A stretch of DNA of 64,000 nt from Eledone cirrhosa (GCA_964016885.1 OZ024741.1:306156001-306220000); one strand, 5' to 3'. Shown: positions 30,196-47,596, counted from the stretch's first letter. Translations and numbers: made by a program. Notes: a model not told the origin generated them from the letters alone.

Positions 30196-30571
30196 TTCGG
30201 CTATAATTGTGATTAATAATATTTACTTCAAAGCTTTGCCGTTTTGATAAGCCACCAACATTGACGTAACTTTGAAGTAAACAGTCAATAATAATTGTTT
30301 CTACTTTTGGCACAAGGCCAGCAATTATCCCATTGCATCACTGGTGCTTTATTTTATCGACCACAAAAGGACGAAAAGCAAAGTTAACCTCGGTGGGATT
30401 TGAACTTAGACCGTAAAGGGCCGTAACTATGCTGCAAAGCATGGCATCCGACCCTCCACCGATACAGCCAATCCATAAATAATAATTATTATATTGATTC
30501 TATACGCTGATGAGTCCCTAATTCAGAGCATGCTTAATGTGTTTATCACATAAATACATAAATAAATCAAG

Positions 30572-30611
<40 letters not shown>

Positions 30612-30999
30612 CATACATACACACACACACATATATATATATATATGTATCCATACACACATATATATACATACATATATATGTGAGTGTGTTTGGGTGT
30701 GTGTTTACCTATACATACCGTAAAATAAATACTTACACTTATCTATACACTTATCCACGTATGTAAACAGTTGGGCTTCTCTTACACAATTAATATATGC
30801 CGTAGCAGAAACATACCGTGAATACTCTTTTAATTACGAAACATATGTGAAACCTACATAGATACAGCTCAACACATATACAAGGCTTCATACACCCTTC
30901 CCCATATCTATATACATAATCTTTTACTGGTTTTAATTATTAGACTGCGGACATGCTGGAGTATCACCTGGAAGGGATTTAGTCGATCATATCTACTGC

Positions 31000-32200
31000 T
31001 TCTTTTTCTTCTTACTCTTGCTCGATGGCGCTGAAGTTATCCTAGGTCAGCGATCCCAGGAGCGTCATTGTGCGTAGAACCAACCAGGTGCCACCAGTAC
31101 CGCTCATTGCTGGCGGTCCCGTGTCAGGTCCTCTACATCCTCCAAGGTATCGTCGAGCCTCTGGAGATCTTCTTTAATCACATCCAGTCATCTGGTGCGG
31201 GGCTTCTTCCAGTCCGCAGCTGCTGCATCGAACGAGAGTAAGGCCCTGGCGGGAGGCGGAAGAGATCTCCGTACCAGCGCATGCGGCGGTTGGCTATGAG
31301 GCGGGAGGATGCGGTCTGATACATGCGCGCACGCAGCTGATCGCTGGAAACATGGTGGTACCATCTGATGTTTTCGATGATCCTCTGGGTTCTGCTACCA
31401 AAGCCGCCGATCCCCTTTGCCAGGGTCTTTGTGAGGGGCCACGTTTCTGCTCCATAAAGAAGAACGGAGAAGGCCGACGCGTTGTAGATATTGAGTTTCA
31501 TCTACCGGGAGATAGAGCAATGGCGCCAACGGTACTTCCATAGGGAGTGCAGGGCCCCGGCGGCCAGACCACATCTGCGGTTAATCTCCGAGGTGATGTC
31601 TTCCTCATCGGTAACTGTAGCGCCCAAGTCGATGAAGGAGCTGACAAACTCCACGACGTCGGGGCCAATATGAAGTGGGGAAGGATCCGGGCCATTACCG
31701 ACATACATCAACACGGTCTTCACCCAGTTTACCTAAAAGCCAAGCTTTGCTGATTCTTCCCAGTATATAGTCAGTGTATCCCTCAGCTGGTTGATCGAGT
31801 TGATGAATATAGAGGTGTCGTCTACTAACTCCAGGTAGGTAAGGTGGTAGTTCCCGAAGATTGAGGACAGCCACGCAGCCCTGTCTAACCCCGCTGCTCA
31901 TGGGGAACCAGTCGGAGTCATTCCTGTTTATCCACACGAAGCTCTCGGCATTACTATAGAGCCGTTGGAACAGGGTAGTGATCTTAGGAGGCGCGCCGAT
32001 GAGCTTCAGAATTTTCCAGAGGGATGTGTGGTCGACTGTATCGAAAGGCGCCTTGAGGTTGACGAAGGCGACGTAGAGGCAGCGATCTTTGCGGAATTGC
32101 CGAGATTTTTCAATAATGAGAAGGAAAGAAAAAACGCGGTCGGCAGTAGATTGATTTGGCATGAATATCAACTCCAGTAATTTTCTTTCATGTCTGGTGC
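31000..32200 (-). mobile_element. RTE-clade LINE, 5'-truncated and frameshifted
   Basis: STADRVF..LYVAFVNLKAPFDTVD, GVRQGCV, SVLLYGAETW and RMRWYG are spread across several broken ORFs. Confidence 0.85.
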
Positions 32201-32663
32201 TCATTTTATCGATCTCTTTTTGTCGAACCGTTAGGTTACGTAACAAACAGACAGTTAAGGAGAACACAAGAGTTGACCGACCGCTTCCTTATCGTGCTGT
32301 TCGCTGTTGAGACATCTGGTGACACCTAGTCACTTCGATCTACGGATTGCCGTTTTCCTCCGCAAAATTGCGAAGAGTGCATCTTGCCCGAGGAAAGAGT
32401 CCAATGAGGAGAAATGGCTAATGCAGCGAGTGTCGCTGGCTTTTCTACGCGACAATGATTTATTGTTCACAGAGCGCTGCTAAGATATACCGCCTAGACT
32501 GGGGTGAAGAATTTACCGCCCCCTCCCATTTCTCTCACTTTCATTATTAAAAAATAAAAGAAATTACCTAAAAAAGAAAAAAGAAACAAGAAACAAAACG
32601 ACAGAAGATATATAAAGTAGATACTAAGCAAGTGTTGGGGTCCTATTAAATCTACCACAATCT

Positions 32664-32858
32664 CAGACCTGCCAACCTCTGCAAATCCAAACGGGGAGTA
32701 CCATGAAAAAAGTGTCCCAAAATGGGGAGAAATGAGGCAAAAATAGTGAGATTTTACATAATGAAAGCTATACCCATTTTCAAAAGAGAAAACATCTCTC
32801 ACCCACCCCAAATTGGGTGGGAGATCTCCCCGTCCGACGGGGAGAGTTGACAGGTCTA
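32664..32858. mobile_element. MITE of about 195 bp with apparent 6-bp TSD
   Basis: TIR cagacctgccaac / gttgacaggtcta; flanks caatct / caacct; second copy at 62564-62755. Confidence 0.75.
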
Positions 32859-33214
32859 CAACCTACTCCAAAACAAAATATCAGTCGTAGTATTTACTTA
32901 CGTCTTTTTATGCCATGATTTGAAATCCATTTCCAAGGAACTTTCTAAGGCTTTTCAAAGATATTCCTATCGTGACCATCCCATCTTTTTCCGTGTGCGT
33001 AGAACCCAGTGCCACGTTATCCAATGTGTTCGTATCTAGGACGGCATGGAAAGGCCAAGGGAGATTAGGATGACTGTACATCTGTACATAGAAAGTTCCT
33101 CTCTAGAGAAGAGGCCTAGACAAGGTGTTTATCATGGAAGCCCAACAATTGCCTATACATGCAAGTCTCGTCATCTCCACGCCACTAATGTTGTCCGAGG
33201 GGAAGGCAAAGGCT

Positions 33215-35425
33215 GATACTTTTGGCACAAGGCCAGCAATTATCCCAGTGTATTACTGGTACTTTATTTTATCGACCCCGTAAGGATGAAAGGCAAAGTG
33301 AACCTCGGCGCGATTTGAACCCAGTCCGTAAAGGGACGTAACTGTACTGAAAAGCATGGCGTCCGACCCTCTACCGATACTGCCAATCCACCGCCTCAAT
33401 AAAATAATAATGGTTTCTGTATTGGCCAACAGGACCGAACATTAAGGACAGTACAATTAAAGGGGCAGTGGAGATTTATACAAGACGAGTAAACAGAAAA
33501 AGGACAAAAAAAGTATGAAAGTAACAATAAATTTATGATTTCTAATCTAGGCAGAAGGCCTGCAATTTGTGGAATGGTGGCGGTGGTGCGGCTATATATC
33601 GATGTCAGTACCTGACTGGTATGCATGTATGGTCCCGTAACTCCTGATAGAATCGTAGTGGCGTCGCACTGATATACGGCATTTCTTGGGCATTTTTAAA
33701 GCCTGGTAGAGCCCATCCCCTCTCCAGGCCTGAGTACAGCAGATTTCTTTCAGAGAAAGATAGAAAGTGAGAGAGAGGAAATGAGAAAGAGATATAGAGG
33801 AAGAATCGACCCCAGTACTAGACTGGTTCTTTTTTATCGACCTCCAAAGGATGAAAGGCAAAGTTGACCTCGGCGAGATTTGAACTCAGAGAGCAGAGAG
33901 CCGGAAGGAATACTATAAAACTTTCTATCTGACGTTCTAACGACTCTGCCAATTCGCCACCTATACTTGACTGGTACTTTATTTTAACTTCGGAAGGATG
34001 AAAGGCAAAGTTGACCTCGGTAGGATTTGAACGCAAAACTACAACAATAACAACAGAAACAATTTAAAAAGAATAAGTTTCCGAAAAAAAGATTTCTTAT
34101 TTAGACTCAAGGCTAACAGTTTAAGGAGGAAGGGAAAGACGATTATCGACCTCTAACGGATGAAAGTCAAAGTTGACCTCGGCGGGATTTGACCTCAGAA
34201 CAACAAGAAATAGTTTAAATATCAGAATTGCTTACACATAAGTTATATCAATAATAATTGTTTCTACTTTTGGCACAAGGCCAGCAATTATCCCAGTGTA
34301 TTACTGTGCTCCGAGAACCGGGTCGGTCGGGCCGTGTATGTAATGGTTTCTGATTTTAGGCACAAGGCCAATTATTTTTAGGGAGGGGAACGTCGATTAA
34401 ATCGACCCAGTGCATTACTGGTACTTTATTTTATCGACCTCGGAAGGATGTAAGGCAAAATTGATATCGGCGGGATTTGACCTCAGAACACCAAGAACAA
34501 GAAATAGTTTTAAAAGGATATCTACATATAAGTTTGAAGATATTAATGATAATAATTTCTAATCTAGGCAGAATGTCAGCAATATTTGGTGAAGGTAAAG
34601 TTGATTATATCGATCCATCTATTTTACTGGTATTCTATTTTATCGACCTCAAAACGCTGAAAAACAAAATTGACTTCGGCGGGATTTGAACTCAGAACGT
34701 AAAACAAACAGAATAGACCCTACGAAGCATTCACCCAACGCTCAAATGACTCCGCCATAATTAGATAAATAACGTATTGTTAAATAACTAAAAGAGAAAA
34801 AGAAAAATCAACCATAATAATACATCACGTGTATTTGTATATTTATATATATCTCCGTCTGTAATTCTTTAAAATTTACACACACAAACATACACACAAT
34901 ACATTTTATTTTATCTCAGTTATGTTGCTACAATACGAAGATAGCTTTCCGTCACATGGTCCTCGATTCTAACCCTACATTTAGCCCCTTGTAAATAGTT
35001 ATTTATCCAAAGTAACTTGTATTATTCATTTAATCCTGTATGTCATTTGCACAATTATATACTAGAAATAAATTATTAAAATAATATTTCTATCTTTATC
35101 ACTCTCAAGTGTCAGTAATCAACATAAACTATAGGGCTTCTCTTATGCACAGCTTTAATTTATTTCCCAGTTTTTATTATTATTCATATACTCAGTAATA
35201 CAGTAAACCTGTCATACCGACCCTAGACTCCAAAAATAAAATACGTTCAACCCTCTTGCCAACATTATTGACAGCACGGATCCACAAGTAAATAATAATT
35301 GTTTCTATTTTAGGCACAAAGTCAGCAATTTGGGGGAGGGGGGGGGGGGGGTTGACTAAATCGAAACAGTACTTTACTGGTACTTTATTTTATCGACCCC
35401 GTAAGGATGAAAGGCAAAGTTAATT
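33215..35425 (-). mobile_element. Cluster of at least 7 full or partial tRNA-derived SINE copies (resembling octopus SINE families); other copies at 30295-30475, about 63265 and about 63500
   Basis: Recurrent ggatgaaaggcaaagttgacctcggcgggatttgaactcag (reverse complement of B box plus body) and ttttggcacaaggccagcaatt tails. Confidence 0.8.
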
Positions 35426-35752
35426 CTGCTTTCTCCTCACTCCGAGCGGATAAATCTTTCACAAATAAATGATAATGATAACAATAATAATAATGGCTTC
35501 TACATTAGCCACACAGGGCTTACATTAAGTGGACAATAAGGACGGTACAGGACAGTACAGTGTGTTTTTGTGTGTGAGGGAAAAAGGGTGATAAAGAAAG
35601 ATAATGTTTTTTTGTTTTTTTTTATTAGCCACACAGGTCTGGCATTAAGCAAACGATAGAAATATCTCATTACGATACGGTGTAGGTTTTTTGTGTGTAA
35701 AAAAAAAAGAAAGTTATAACAACAATGAGATAAGTACAATATATTGACTTAC

Positions 35753-35911
35753 CAAATCAACAAGCCACGGTTCCCGAGAAGCAGATGAAGCGACGCCGAC
35801 AACAACAACGGCAGCGGCCGCTACGACAGCATTAGTTTGTAAAGACAGCCACGACAAAACGCAACAACCGTACACGGCTGTCACTAAAGATCCGCCAACC
35901 AAGAGGTTCAT
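35753..35911 (-). CDS. Probable first coding exon of a host gene (hydrophobic, signal-peptide-like N-terminus, 53 aa)
   Basis: accATG start; MNLLVGGSLVTAVYGCCVLSWLSLQTNAVVAAAAVVVVGVASSASREPWLVDL ends in phase 0 at a canonical G|GTAAGT donor (35747-35752); unique, CpG-rich sequence. Confidence 0.55.
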
Positions 35912-36128
35912 GGTGATTGTAAGAACTCTCAATGGATAGAATGGAATGGTACGGTAACTAACATATACAATGAAATAACTCGCCCCCACCGCGTCTGTCT
36001 TACACACATATAAATTCTTCCTCCCTTTCTTCCGATTTAGTTTTCGTTTTCTCTCTCCACCTTCTCTCTTTCTCTCTCTCCATCTTTCTCTCTTACTCGT
36101 TTTCTGCTGCTCTCATCCTCTCTATTTC

Positions 36129-36204
<76 letters not shown>

Positions 36205-36252
36205 CATTTTACATTACTTTCTTTCGTTATCTCTTTTTCAACATATCTGTCT

Positions 36253-36301
<49 letters not shown>

Positions 36302-36340
36302 ATATATATATATATATGTACACATATATGTGTGTGTGTG

Positions 36341-36447
<107 letters not shown>

Positions 36448-37096
36448 ATATATATATATGTATATATGTATATATGAATATATTCATCATCATCATCATA
36501 ATCAAGAAGAAGAAGAAGAAGAAGAAGAAGAAGACGACTATCTATTTTACTTTTTATATTTGCTTTTTTAGGTAAGCCAGGAGAAAGTTTTGCAATAAAT
36601 GGGTTAAAATAAAAAAAAAACGAATAAATAAGAGAATAAATAAATAAATAAATAAATAAATAAATGAAAAATGGAAAAAATAACCCAAAACAAAAACAAA
36701 GACTTTGTTTTTCAAGAGATTCTTTTTTACCAAAGTTTATTTCCAGTCGTTTAATTCCATGTCAACCTTCATACAACAGAACTTTGATCAATATCATACC
36801 AGCTTTGTCAACTCATATAATTTTTCGTTTATGTTTTCAGTTATCTAAGACGACAATATCTAATGAGCTATACCTTCATTTAATTAAAAAAATATAATAA
36901 AAATAAGACACCGTTGACATGATTTTGAGGAAATTTGGCTGCTATTTCTAGCATGTCTAGCGAGCACGTACAGGCACACAGTTTATTTCTAGTTTTCAAC
37001 ACCAGTGAAATATTTATTTCGTAATTACTGACCCTCTCCCTCTACCATGTTTCACTATATATCTGTCAGTATCTCGGGATAGCCACTCACCCCATT

Positions 37097-37149
<53 letters not shown>

Positions 37150-37159
37150 TGTATGTATG

Positions 37160-37226
37160 AATGTATGTTTCTCTTTCTCTTAATTTTGGTGGCAAGGTTG
37201 TAAAAGAAAAGAAATTGTCATACCTT
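37160..37226 (-). mobile_element. 3'-end stub of the R4/Dong family seen at 58.3-60.6 kb
   Basis: Reverse complement matches 60538-60630 (tgacaatttcttttcttttacaaccttgccacca...aattaagagaaagaga); flanked by (CATA)n. Confidence 0.75.
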
Positions 37227-37239
37227 GTATGTATGTATG

Positions 37240-37514
37240 CAGGGGCCTCGTTTGCCTTAAAAATGTGAGGGGGACAAACCAACATTTGTTGATTCTTAAA
37301 GGAGCATGTTAGTATTGCTTATGGTGCCTTTCCCGGACCCTATCACATAAGTAAAACTTTACGCTAATTAAATCTTATATATTCAAATGAAGTTTAGATA
37401 TAAAAAAAATAAGCTTAAAAAGAATTTATTATATCAAATAAACAAAAAATAAAACATAGACGTTTGAAAAAGCGTGAGGGGGGGGGGGGGTTACCCCCTG
37501 AAACAAGGCCCTTG
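37240..37514. mobile_element. MITE
   Basis: TIR caggggcctcgttt / aaacaaggcccttg, inserted in (TATG)n. Confidence 0.55.
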
Positions 37515-37550
37515 TATGTATGTATGCATGTATGCATGTATGCATGTATG

Positions 37551-40500
37551 TTCTTCTGGTTTTATAATTTCACAAATTTTTGTCAATAGAGAGAGAGAGC
37601 TGGTTTCTAACATAGATACAAGACTCTCTCATTGGAATTTACACATCAGCTAGGTAGATATGTATGCATGCCTGCATGCATGCATGTGTAGATATGGATG
37701 TTATTGTATGTGTGGATGTGGATGTTTTGAGTTGTATGTGTGCATGTGTATACGCTTTGTATGTTTTACATATTTTTACTGTTCCATTAATGGATTGTAC
37801 TTGCAATTTCCTAACTAGTCGTGTTCTTTCTGTTCCTGTGAAGCCCAGCTTCTCAAAATTTGTATTGAGGCAGTTACTAACATATCCCAATGCCCTAATA
37901 ATCACAGGCATAAATCTGAAGGTATAATCAGTGCCTGCCTTCTTTTCCGTCCCATATCATTATATGTGGTCTGTGATGCCTGCATCTTATTAGGGATTTT
38001 ATTGGAACATTCCACCAGTACTCTTTCATATTATGTATATGGATGTCTTCCACATTGCTGTAGCTTTTAATGTTTTTATTACCGGGGCTATCTTTTCTAC
38101 GGATTGCAATGTACAGTGTTTTGGCCACTACATCATGCCTCATAGGTAGATAGTACCGCGATGACATCTTTGGACAGCTGATTATGACATGGGTGACATC
38201 TTCGATGTTAATTCTGCAGAGTCTGCACTTGTTATCACATCTGGATGTTTTGCCTGCATACCTATCTCTTTTGTGAATCAGGTATTTCGTGTTGATTTCC
38301 TGTTCTTGGATTGCAAAAGCGTATCCTTCAAAGTGGGGGCCAATATAGCGGTTGTTGGTCCAAGATAGACTATTTTCTTTATTTATATTACTCTCACTCT
38401 GGAGCTTCCTGGCAACATATCCATGCATGATTTTTTGCTGATAATCATGCACTTTTTCATCCATGGATTCACTGCGATATTGCTGAGCGACTTCCCTGGG
38501 TGTAAGTTTTTGATTATCACACAGGGAATTTCTTTCGAGGAGTTCCTTCCCAACTCTCATGATCTTATCTGTTTCATGCAAATAGACTTGCCCGAGAGAC
38601 AGGCTCCTACGCTTTGAGGTTCGTAGATGTTATCGGATGGATATGATGCGACATTCAAATGCTGTCTGGACTGATGTTAGGCCTCTGCCTCCCTGCTTAC
38701 GTTTCAAGTAAAGGCGCTCTATGTCACTGTTGATGTGGACGTTTCCGGTGTTGTTTATTATTTTTGGAGTTCTAACATCAGTTGTTCGGATTTCGTCTAT
38801 CGTCCAATTGAGTATTCCAAACGTTGGTGTTAGGACGGGCACAGCAAACACATTGTGAGCCACCGTTTTGTTGTGCGCAGAGAGTTCCGATGACCATATT
38901 TTTCTTAATCGGATATAGTATTCCATGGTTGCGCGTTCCTTATTACAGATACCATTATAGGATATGTTCTCATCTATCCCCACAGGTATCTGTAGCAGTC
39001 CTCATCAGATATCGGTGAAACAGTTAGGTCATTGATGACAATGTTGCTACATTGGGTTGTTCTTTTCCCCGATTAACAGTCGTATATGATCATTTATCTT
39101 GGTCAAACTCCATTCCTATATCCTTTGAGAATGTTATAACCCGTTCAAGATTTTTCTTCATCCCATCTATGTTCTTGGCATAGAGTTTCAGATCATTCAC
39201 AAAGAAATTATGGGTTAAGTTCGTATTTCTGTCCTCCTGTGAGCCAATGATGTATCCTTCACATTTCTTGAGCAGAAAAGACAAGGGGTTTAATGACAGG
39301 ATAAATAATATCACAGAGAGATTGTCTACTTGAAATATACCCCGGTGATATTCTATTTTATCAGTGAAAATAGAGTTCTCCTTCTCTGTCTTTAACTTTA
39401 GGGTAGTAGCCCAAGAAGAAGACAGCTTCTCTATGGCTCTGATAATAATATCTGGGACTTTAGCAAGTCGAAGTGCTTCTATCATCCAAGAGTGGGGAAC
39501 AGGATCGAAAGCTTTCCTGTAGTCCAGCCAGACTGTAACCATATTCCTCTTAAGTTGTCGCACCTCCGACATCGCAGTTTTGTTGATTAGGAGTTGTTCA
39601 GCACATCCCCAAACCCCTTTCTTTCCAGCTGCTTGTTCATCTATGATGATGTTATTTTCAAAGTGATCTTGGAGGAATAGGTTCAGGCAGGCTGTATACA
39701 TCTTATACATCAGGTTCTGGCATGCAATGGGTCAGTAGTGTTTTGCCAAGTGGATGTCTTTGTTCTTGGGGACCAGTAATGTTTGTGCTAATGTCAACCA
39801 TTCTGGTATAAGTGTATCTCCCTTAAGAACTTGTTGGTAGAGGTCGGTAAGATACTTCCGATAGAATATCAGTTTTTTGTACCAGTAGCCGACAATCATG
39901 TCTCTTCCTGGTGTTTTCTTATCTTGGAGTTTTCCTGTCACAGTCTCAAGGGTACCATCACTTATTTCGTATGTTTTTGTTGTGGTGTAGGAGCAATAGT
40001 TCTTTTGGATTTCTTTTAGCCACACTGCATCTTGGTTGACATTCTTCTTTTCACCCCATATTTTTCTCCAAAAGGAATCTGTCTTTCTGGGACACTTATT
40101 ATTTTGCCCTTCATATCTCTATAGACTGATGTTTGGTTTCGTCTGAATCTTTTATTCTTCAGGTATCGGCGTTTTTCGCTGACAGCTCTCAATTCTTGTT
40201 TGAGGGTGATCAGCTTATATTGAAGAGTTCTGGTTCTACTGTTACCAAACATCGTCTCTATTTTATTGTTCACTCTTTGTTGGTGAGGAGTGAGGTTTTT
40301 TTGTGTTTGTTTGCATGTAAGGAGCATTGTCACATATCCTATAGTTTTTTGTAGGTCAGCAATCTTTTTTCTATTTTAGTTATTTATGATGGTATTTTTA
40401 GTGTTGTTTTGTTCTTGTTAATATCTCTGCTATCACCAAGATAATGCTTCACTGTCGTTGCTAAGGCATATAAACAGGCGCTGATTTGCCAAAATGTTGG

Positions 40501-41085
40501 GGGTTTTATCCGTCGTAAATATTCATCCCATATTTCGTCAATAACACGTAATATTTCATTATTTGGTTTTTTATTAAATACGTTCAGCAAGAGAAATGTT
40601 TATACATAAATTAATTTCTCTCTGGAAGATTACGTTGAGTGAAATTTTCAATTGTTTATACTTTTGATTATTATCATTATCAATAGTATTTTCCACAACA
40701 GTCGAAGTAGACTCGGATGGTACACGTGGTGTCAAATTTCTTCGATTATTATTATTATTTCTTCGATTATTATTATTATCGATAGTGTTTTCCCTAGCAT
40801 TCGAGGTAGACGTGGTATCAAATTTCTTACAGGCATAGTTGTTTCAAGGCACTGTTCGACCTGGCTACTAGGAAGTCTAGTAGCATGGCGACATGTAGCA
40901 CGTGTTTTTGATTCCATGTTTGTTGTGGGGGAATTTCAATTAATAGTATTTATCTTATTTTTACGTTCAACAAACGTCGCTTGTTGGCGTAATTGTTTCG
41001 CTGTGAAGTGATTTAGCTCTGGGTGTATTTCGTCCCAGTGTAGCTTCATTCTGTTCATATCGCCAGTGGAGGGATTGTTTTTTGT
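37551..41085 (-). mobile_element. R4/Dong-clade LINE (RT plus CCHC plus restriction-like endonuclease), decayed
   Basis: KTPGRDMIVGYWYK, WLDYRKAFD.VPH, GIFQ.D.LS, CRLC..EDVTHVIISC, RHD and RP(H/D)IMIWD occur in broken ORFs. Confidence 0.9.
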
Positions 41086-41193
41086 TTTGCCATTTTATAA
41101 CAATTATATAACTTTAATCTGTTATTTTAATAAATATATATATACATACACATATACATATATACATACATATATATATATACACACACACAC

Positions 41194-41259
<66 letters not shown>

Positions 41260-41481
41260 CAATTAAATAAATCATCATTAAGTTCGCAACTCCAAGAGAA
41301 ATGTGATTTATAATTTCGGTTTCTTCTGTAGCTACAACTGAATAAATTTTGTTTACCTTTTCCGTTGTTTTTCTTCGGTATTTCCTTAATGTTGTTGATG
41401 TTATTGCGTTCAGCTATGCTGTTTGTAGCGAATCCTTGTAAAATGAATTATGTATTTAGTCGGATATCTCTACGAATTCGA

Positions 41482-41767
41482 ATATACCTTCCTGCCAGAT
41501 GATTGAACGTCTGTAGTACGGCTGTTACTTAAATATAAGTATGTATACGTACATACATATATGTATACAGACGTACAGTAGTATGTATATATATACATAC
41601 ATGCACACATATATATATGTACGTATGGATTTACCGAACATTTATTATAATGCTCGGTGTGTTTGTAAAAAAACATCCCGAATTAAGCCGTACAGTGTTT
41701 AGCAACCATCGTTGCCCTTTTGTTCAACACTGACAAAGGAACGATGTACTAGTTTCAAGCTTATTAG
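41482..41767 (-). mobile_element. Second family C copy, internally shorter and differently permuted
   Basis: Matches 1418-1445 joined to 1570-1590/1169-1401; ends inside the HHR. Confidence 0.8.
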
Positions 41768-42203
41768 TAAGAAAGAAACAGACAATCGCACTGTTTCTTT
41801 CTTACTGCTTCCCCTCTTTCTGTATCTCTCACCTTCTTTTTACCCCCTCCCCCCTCTGCCAGTCACACTCTCTCTCGGCTGGTCTCTTCCTCACACTTCC
41901 ACTCATTCACTCTCTGCTTCTCCTCTTCTCTCACTTCCTCCCATTTGACCTGTGTGAAGTCCTTTTCTCGCTCACATCTCACCTATGTCGGATGGTCTGT
42001 ATCTATCGTCCATGATTTCACCAAGCTTAAGCTTATAGATATCATGTACTTGTCTCTTCCTATCTTTCCGTTGCAATACCATCTTTGTTTGTTTACATGT
42101 CTCGCTCGTTTCACCCTATTTTACTTGTCCCAATAACTTTATTTAGTTATTGCTCGCACCAACCAGAGGTATATGATTTTTAAAGCGATGAAAACCAATA
42201 TAC

Positions 42204-42266
<63 letters not shown>

Positions 42267-42274
42267 TGTGTATG

Positions 42275-42342
<68 letters not shown>

Positions 42343-42478
42343 GTATATATATTTGTGTATGTGTTTTTATGTATTTTGTATATGTGTATATATATGTGTA
42401 TTTCTGTAGATGTGTTTGTATATGTGTATATTTATATGTATATATATATATGTGTGTATATGTATATATATATATATA

Positions 42479-42552
<74 letters not shown>

Positions 42553-42657
42553 TATATATATATATAATGGAAAAATTTGAACAGGAACAAAACAGAGAGG
42601 CAGTACAACGAATGTTTATTAATTTCACGCTCTGGAGAGTGGGGTGGTGGTGGGGAA

Positions 42658-42730
<73 letters not shown>

Positions 42731-43009
42731 ATATGTATTTATATATATATATGTGTGTATGTGAATGTGTCTGTTGAAACCTGGAATTTAGCTTAAGAGA
42801 AACTTAAAAATAAGGAGTGGCTCCCCAATCTGAACTTGTTTATAGAATCCTTTCTGCCTTTGTCACTCTAAATATAAATTATAGCTTTAAAGAATTAGCT
42901 TTTAAAGAATTCCCTTTTCTTTCAACCAATGACCTCCACCCATCCCACTCCCCACCCTCTCCTACCACCTGAAAAGATATAAATACCACAACATTTATTT
43001 TGGAAAGCC

Positions 43010-43060
43010 AGATTCCTGATGATTTCTAAATAATGAAACAGCTCTAGTCCTGTAGAATCT
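43010..43060 (+). ncRNA. Type I hammerhead ribozyme, family I
   Basis: agauuc-CUGAUGA-uuucuaaauaau-GAAA-cag...cug-UA-gaaucu; perfect stem I, weak stem II. Confidence 0.7.
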
Positions 43061-43156
43061 CATCTATATTAAAACTATATATATATATATATATATATAT
43101 AACCCGTCTAACCCATGCTAGCATGGAAGAATGGACGTAAAACAGTGATGATGATG

Positions 43157-43347
<191 letters not shown>

Positions 43348-43371
43348 TATATATATATATATATATATACA

Positions 43372-43407
<36 letters not shown>

Positions 43408-43459
43408 TGTATATATATATATATATATATACTGTATATATATATATATATATATATAT

Positions 43460-45561
<2,102 letters not shown>

Positions 45562-45707
45562 AATATAAATTTAACGAACCAGACAAATACTATTATCGTA
45601 GATAGGCGTGTAACAAGCTACAAATGTATATCTGATGGGATGTCGATGCAGTTTCGAGCCCCGACCATTGTGATCGTACTATGAGCTGATCGATAACGAG
45701 ACAATTA

Positions 45708-47256
45708 TACAGGTGAACACACTTTTTGCTGGCGTAGGTTTTGTTCTTTTTAGTTAATATTGAGATGCTGATTTCGAATATGGCAACCATTTTCCCTTCA
45801 CACATCAGGTTTTCATTCTATAGCAGATCCCTATTTTATTATGTACTGCATGAATAATATAATTTATTTAGGATGGATTACTAAGTCTTATAGCTTGAAA
45901 CCATAAGTTATAATATCAATAGAATCTGATATGGTAGATGAAATATAAGATAACATCACCTTTTATTAAATACATTTTGTTATTTCTCAAATAAAATGGA
46001 TAACGCACAAACTAACCAACATATTCATGGAACAAATTTTCACTTACGAGAGCGCCTGGAGTGTTTCATATCTACACAGTCTCTTTGAATACTCCAACAG
46101 TAGTCTGTTATCATGTGTGTGTGTATCATCTACCTTGATATCTCCCCTCCTTAACCTTAATATCTTCATGGAAGCGCTCGATATGCTCATCGCTCACGTC
46201 TCCAAGATTAGCAGGAAATTCATCGAGATGGCTTTTGAGGAAATGAATATTTATGCTCATGTTGCAGCCTAAAAGACGAAAGCTATTGAGCAATGTCTCC
46301 ACCAAATCCTTGTAGTTTGCAGCCTTTTTGCTGCCCCCAAATCCTTTCATAACAGACACAAATGAATCCCATGCCCTTTTTTCTACGTCAGTCATTGAGA
46401 AGTTTTGGCATTTCATTAACTTTCTGATTTGTGTCCTGTCAAAAACACCAGCCTTTATTTTATCATAACTTAGGCCAGGAAATGTACATATGAATTTGAA
46501 ATAGTTACCCTCCACATTAAGAGCTTTGACAAACTGCTTCATTAGTCCTAGTTTAATATGAAGGGGTGGGAAGATGATTTTCTCTCGCCCAACACATTCT
46601 TCTCCCCAACCGTCAAACTTTTTCTAACTGGACAGTACTTCTGTTCCCAATGTTTGTCTTTCACTCGGCTATCCCATAAACACAGGAAACATGAATATTT
46701 TGTATACCCTCCTTGTTGGCCAAGTAAAATGTTGACCATTTTCAGATCCACACGTATGACCCATTTGTGTTCATACTTAAATCAAATACAGTTTTTTTTA
46801 ATGTTTTCATGATTCTCTTTTAAGTGCACAGATTCACGAATAGGAATTGCACCTAACAAGTTTCCATTCTGGAGTAATACACATTTTAGTGTCTTCTTTT
46901 AACTATCTACATAGAGTCTCCATTCATGAGGATCACACTGTAGAGCACCCATCGCTTTTAACAGTCCTGCCACATCACAACAGTAAATAAAATCTTTTTC
47001 AGTTTTAAAGAATACCAAGAGATATTTTTCCCTGTTCCGATAAAAAGTTATATTTGTTTCTTTCTGCAGCATATTCTTCTCTTTAAGTCTAGAAGCTAAC
47101 AGTTCTGATAATTCTTTTGACAGGCCTAAATCATTCAGTTCTTGAAATGATAGAAAAAAAGCATTATAATTTTTAAACTCAGCGGCCCTAAATTACTCAA
47201 GATCAGGTCTGAAACTTAGGTCAGCAGAAAAAAAAGCAAAGTTTTGTTGACCAGTG
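45708..47256 (-). mobile_element. Chapaev3-type (CMC) DNA transposon, decayed and internally deleted
   Basis: DLKMVNILLGQQGGYTKYSCFLCLWDSR, MKQFVKAL, IHFLKSHLD.FP.NLG.VSDEH.ERFH; terminus CACTGGTCAACA; TTA on both flanks. Confidence 0.85.
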
Positions 47257-47361
47257 TTATCATATGCAATAAAGTTCATTTATAGTGCAACCCTGACTTC
47301 GTTCCTGTTTAAATCTTCGCGGCGTTACAACGTAACCTTCACAGATACACACCCTAATTAT

Positions 47362-47496
<135 letters not shown>

Positions 47497-47538
47497 AAAT
47501 TGCAAGTCTGAAGAACTATATATATACCCCTTTGAATT

Positions 47539-47569
<31 letters not shown>

Positions 47570-47596
47570 CTAAATTCAAAGGGGTATATATATATA

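Noticed and set aside
30507-30530. ctgatgagtccc hammerhead-like start
   Set aside because: No GAAA or stem II partner follows.
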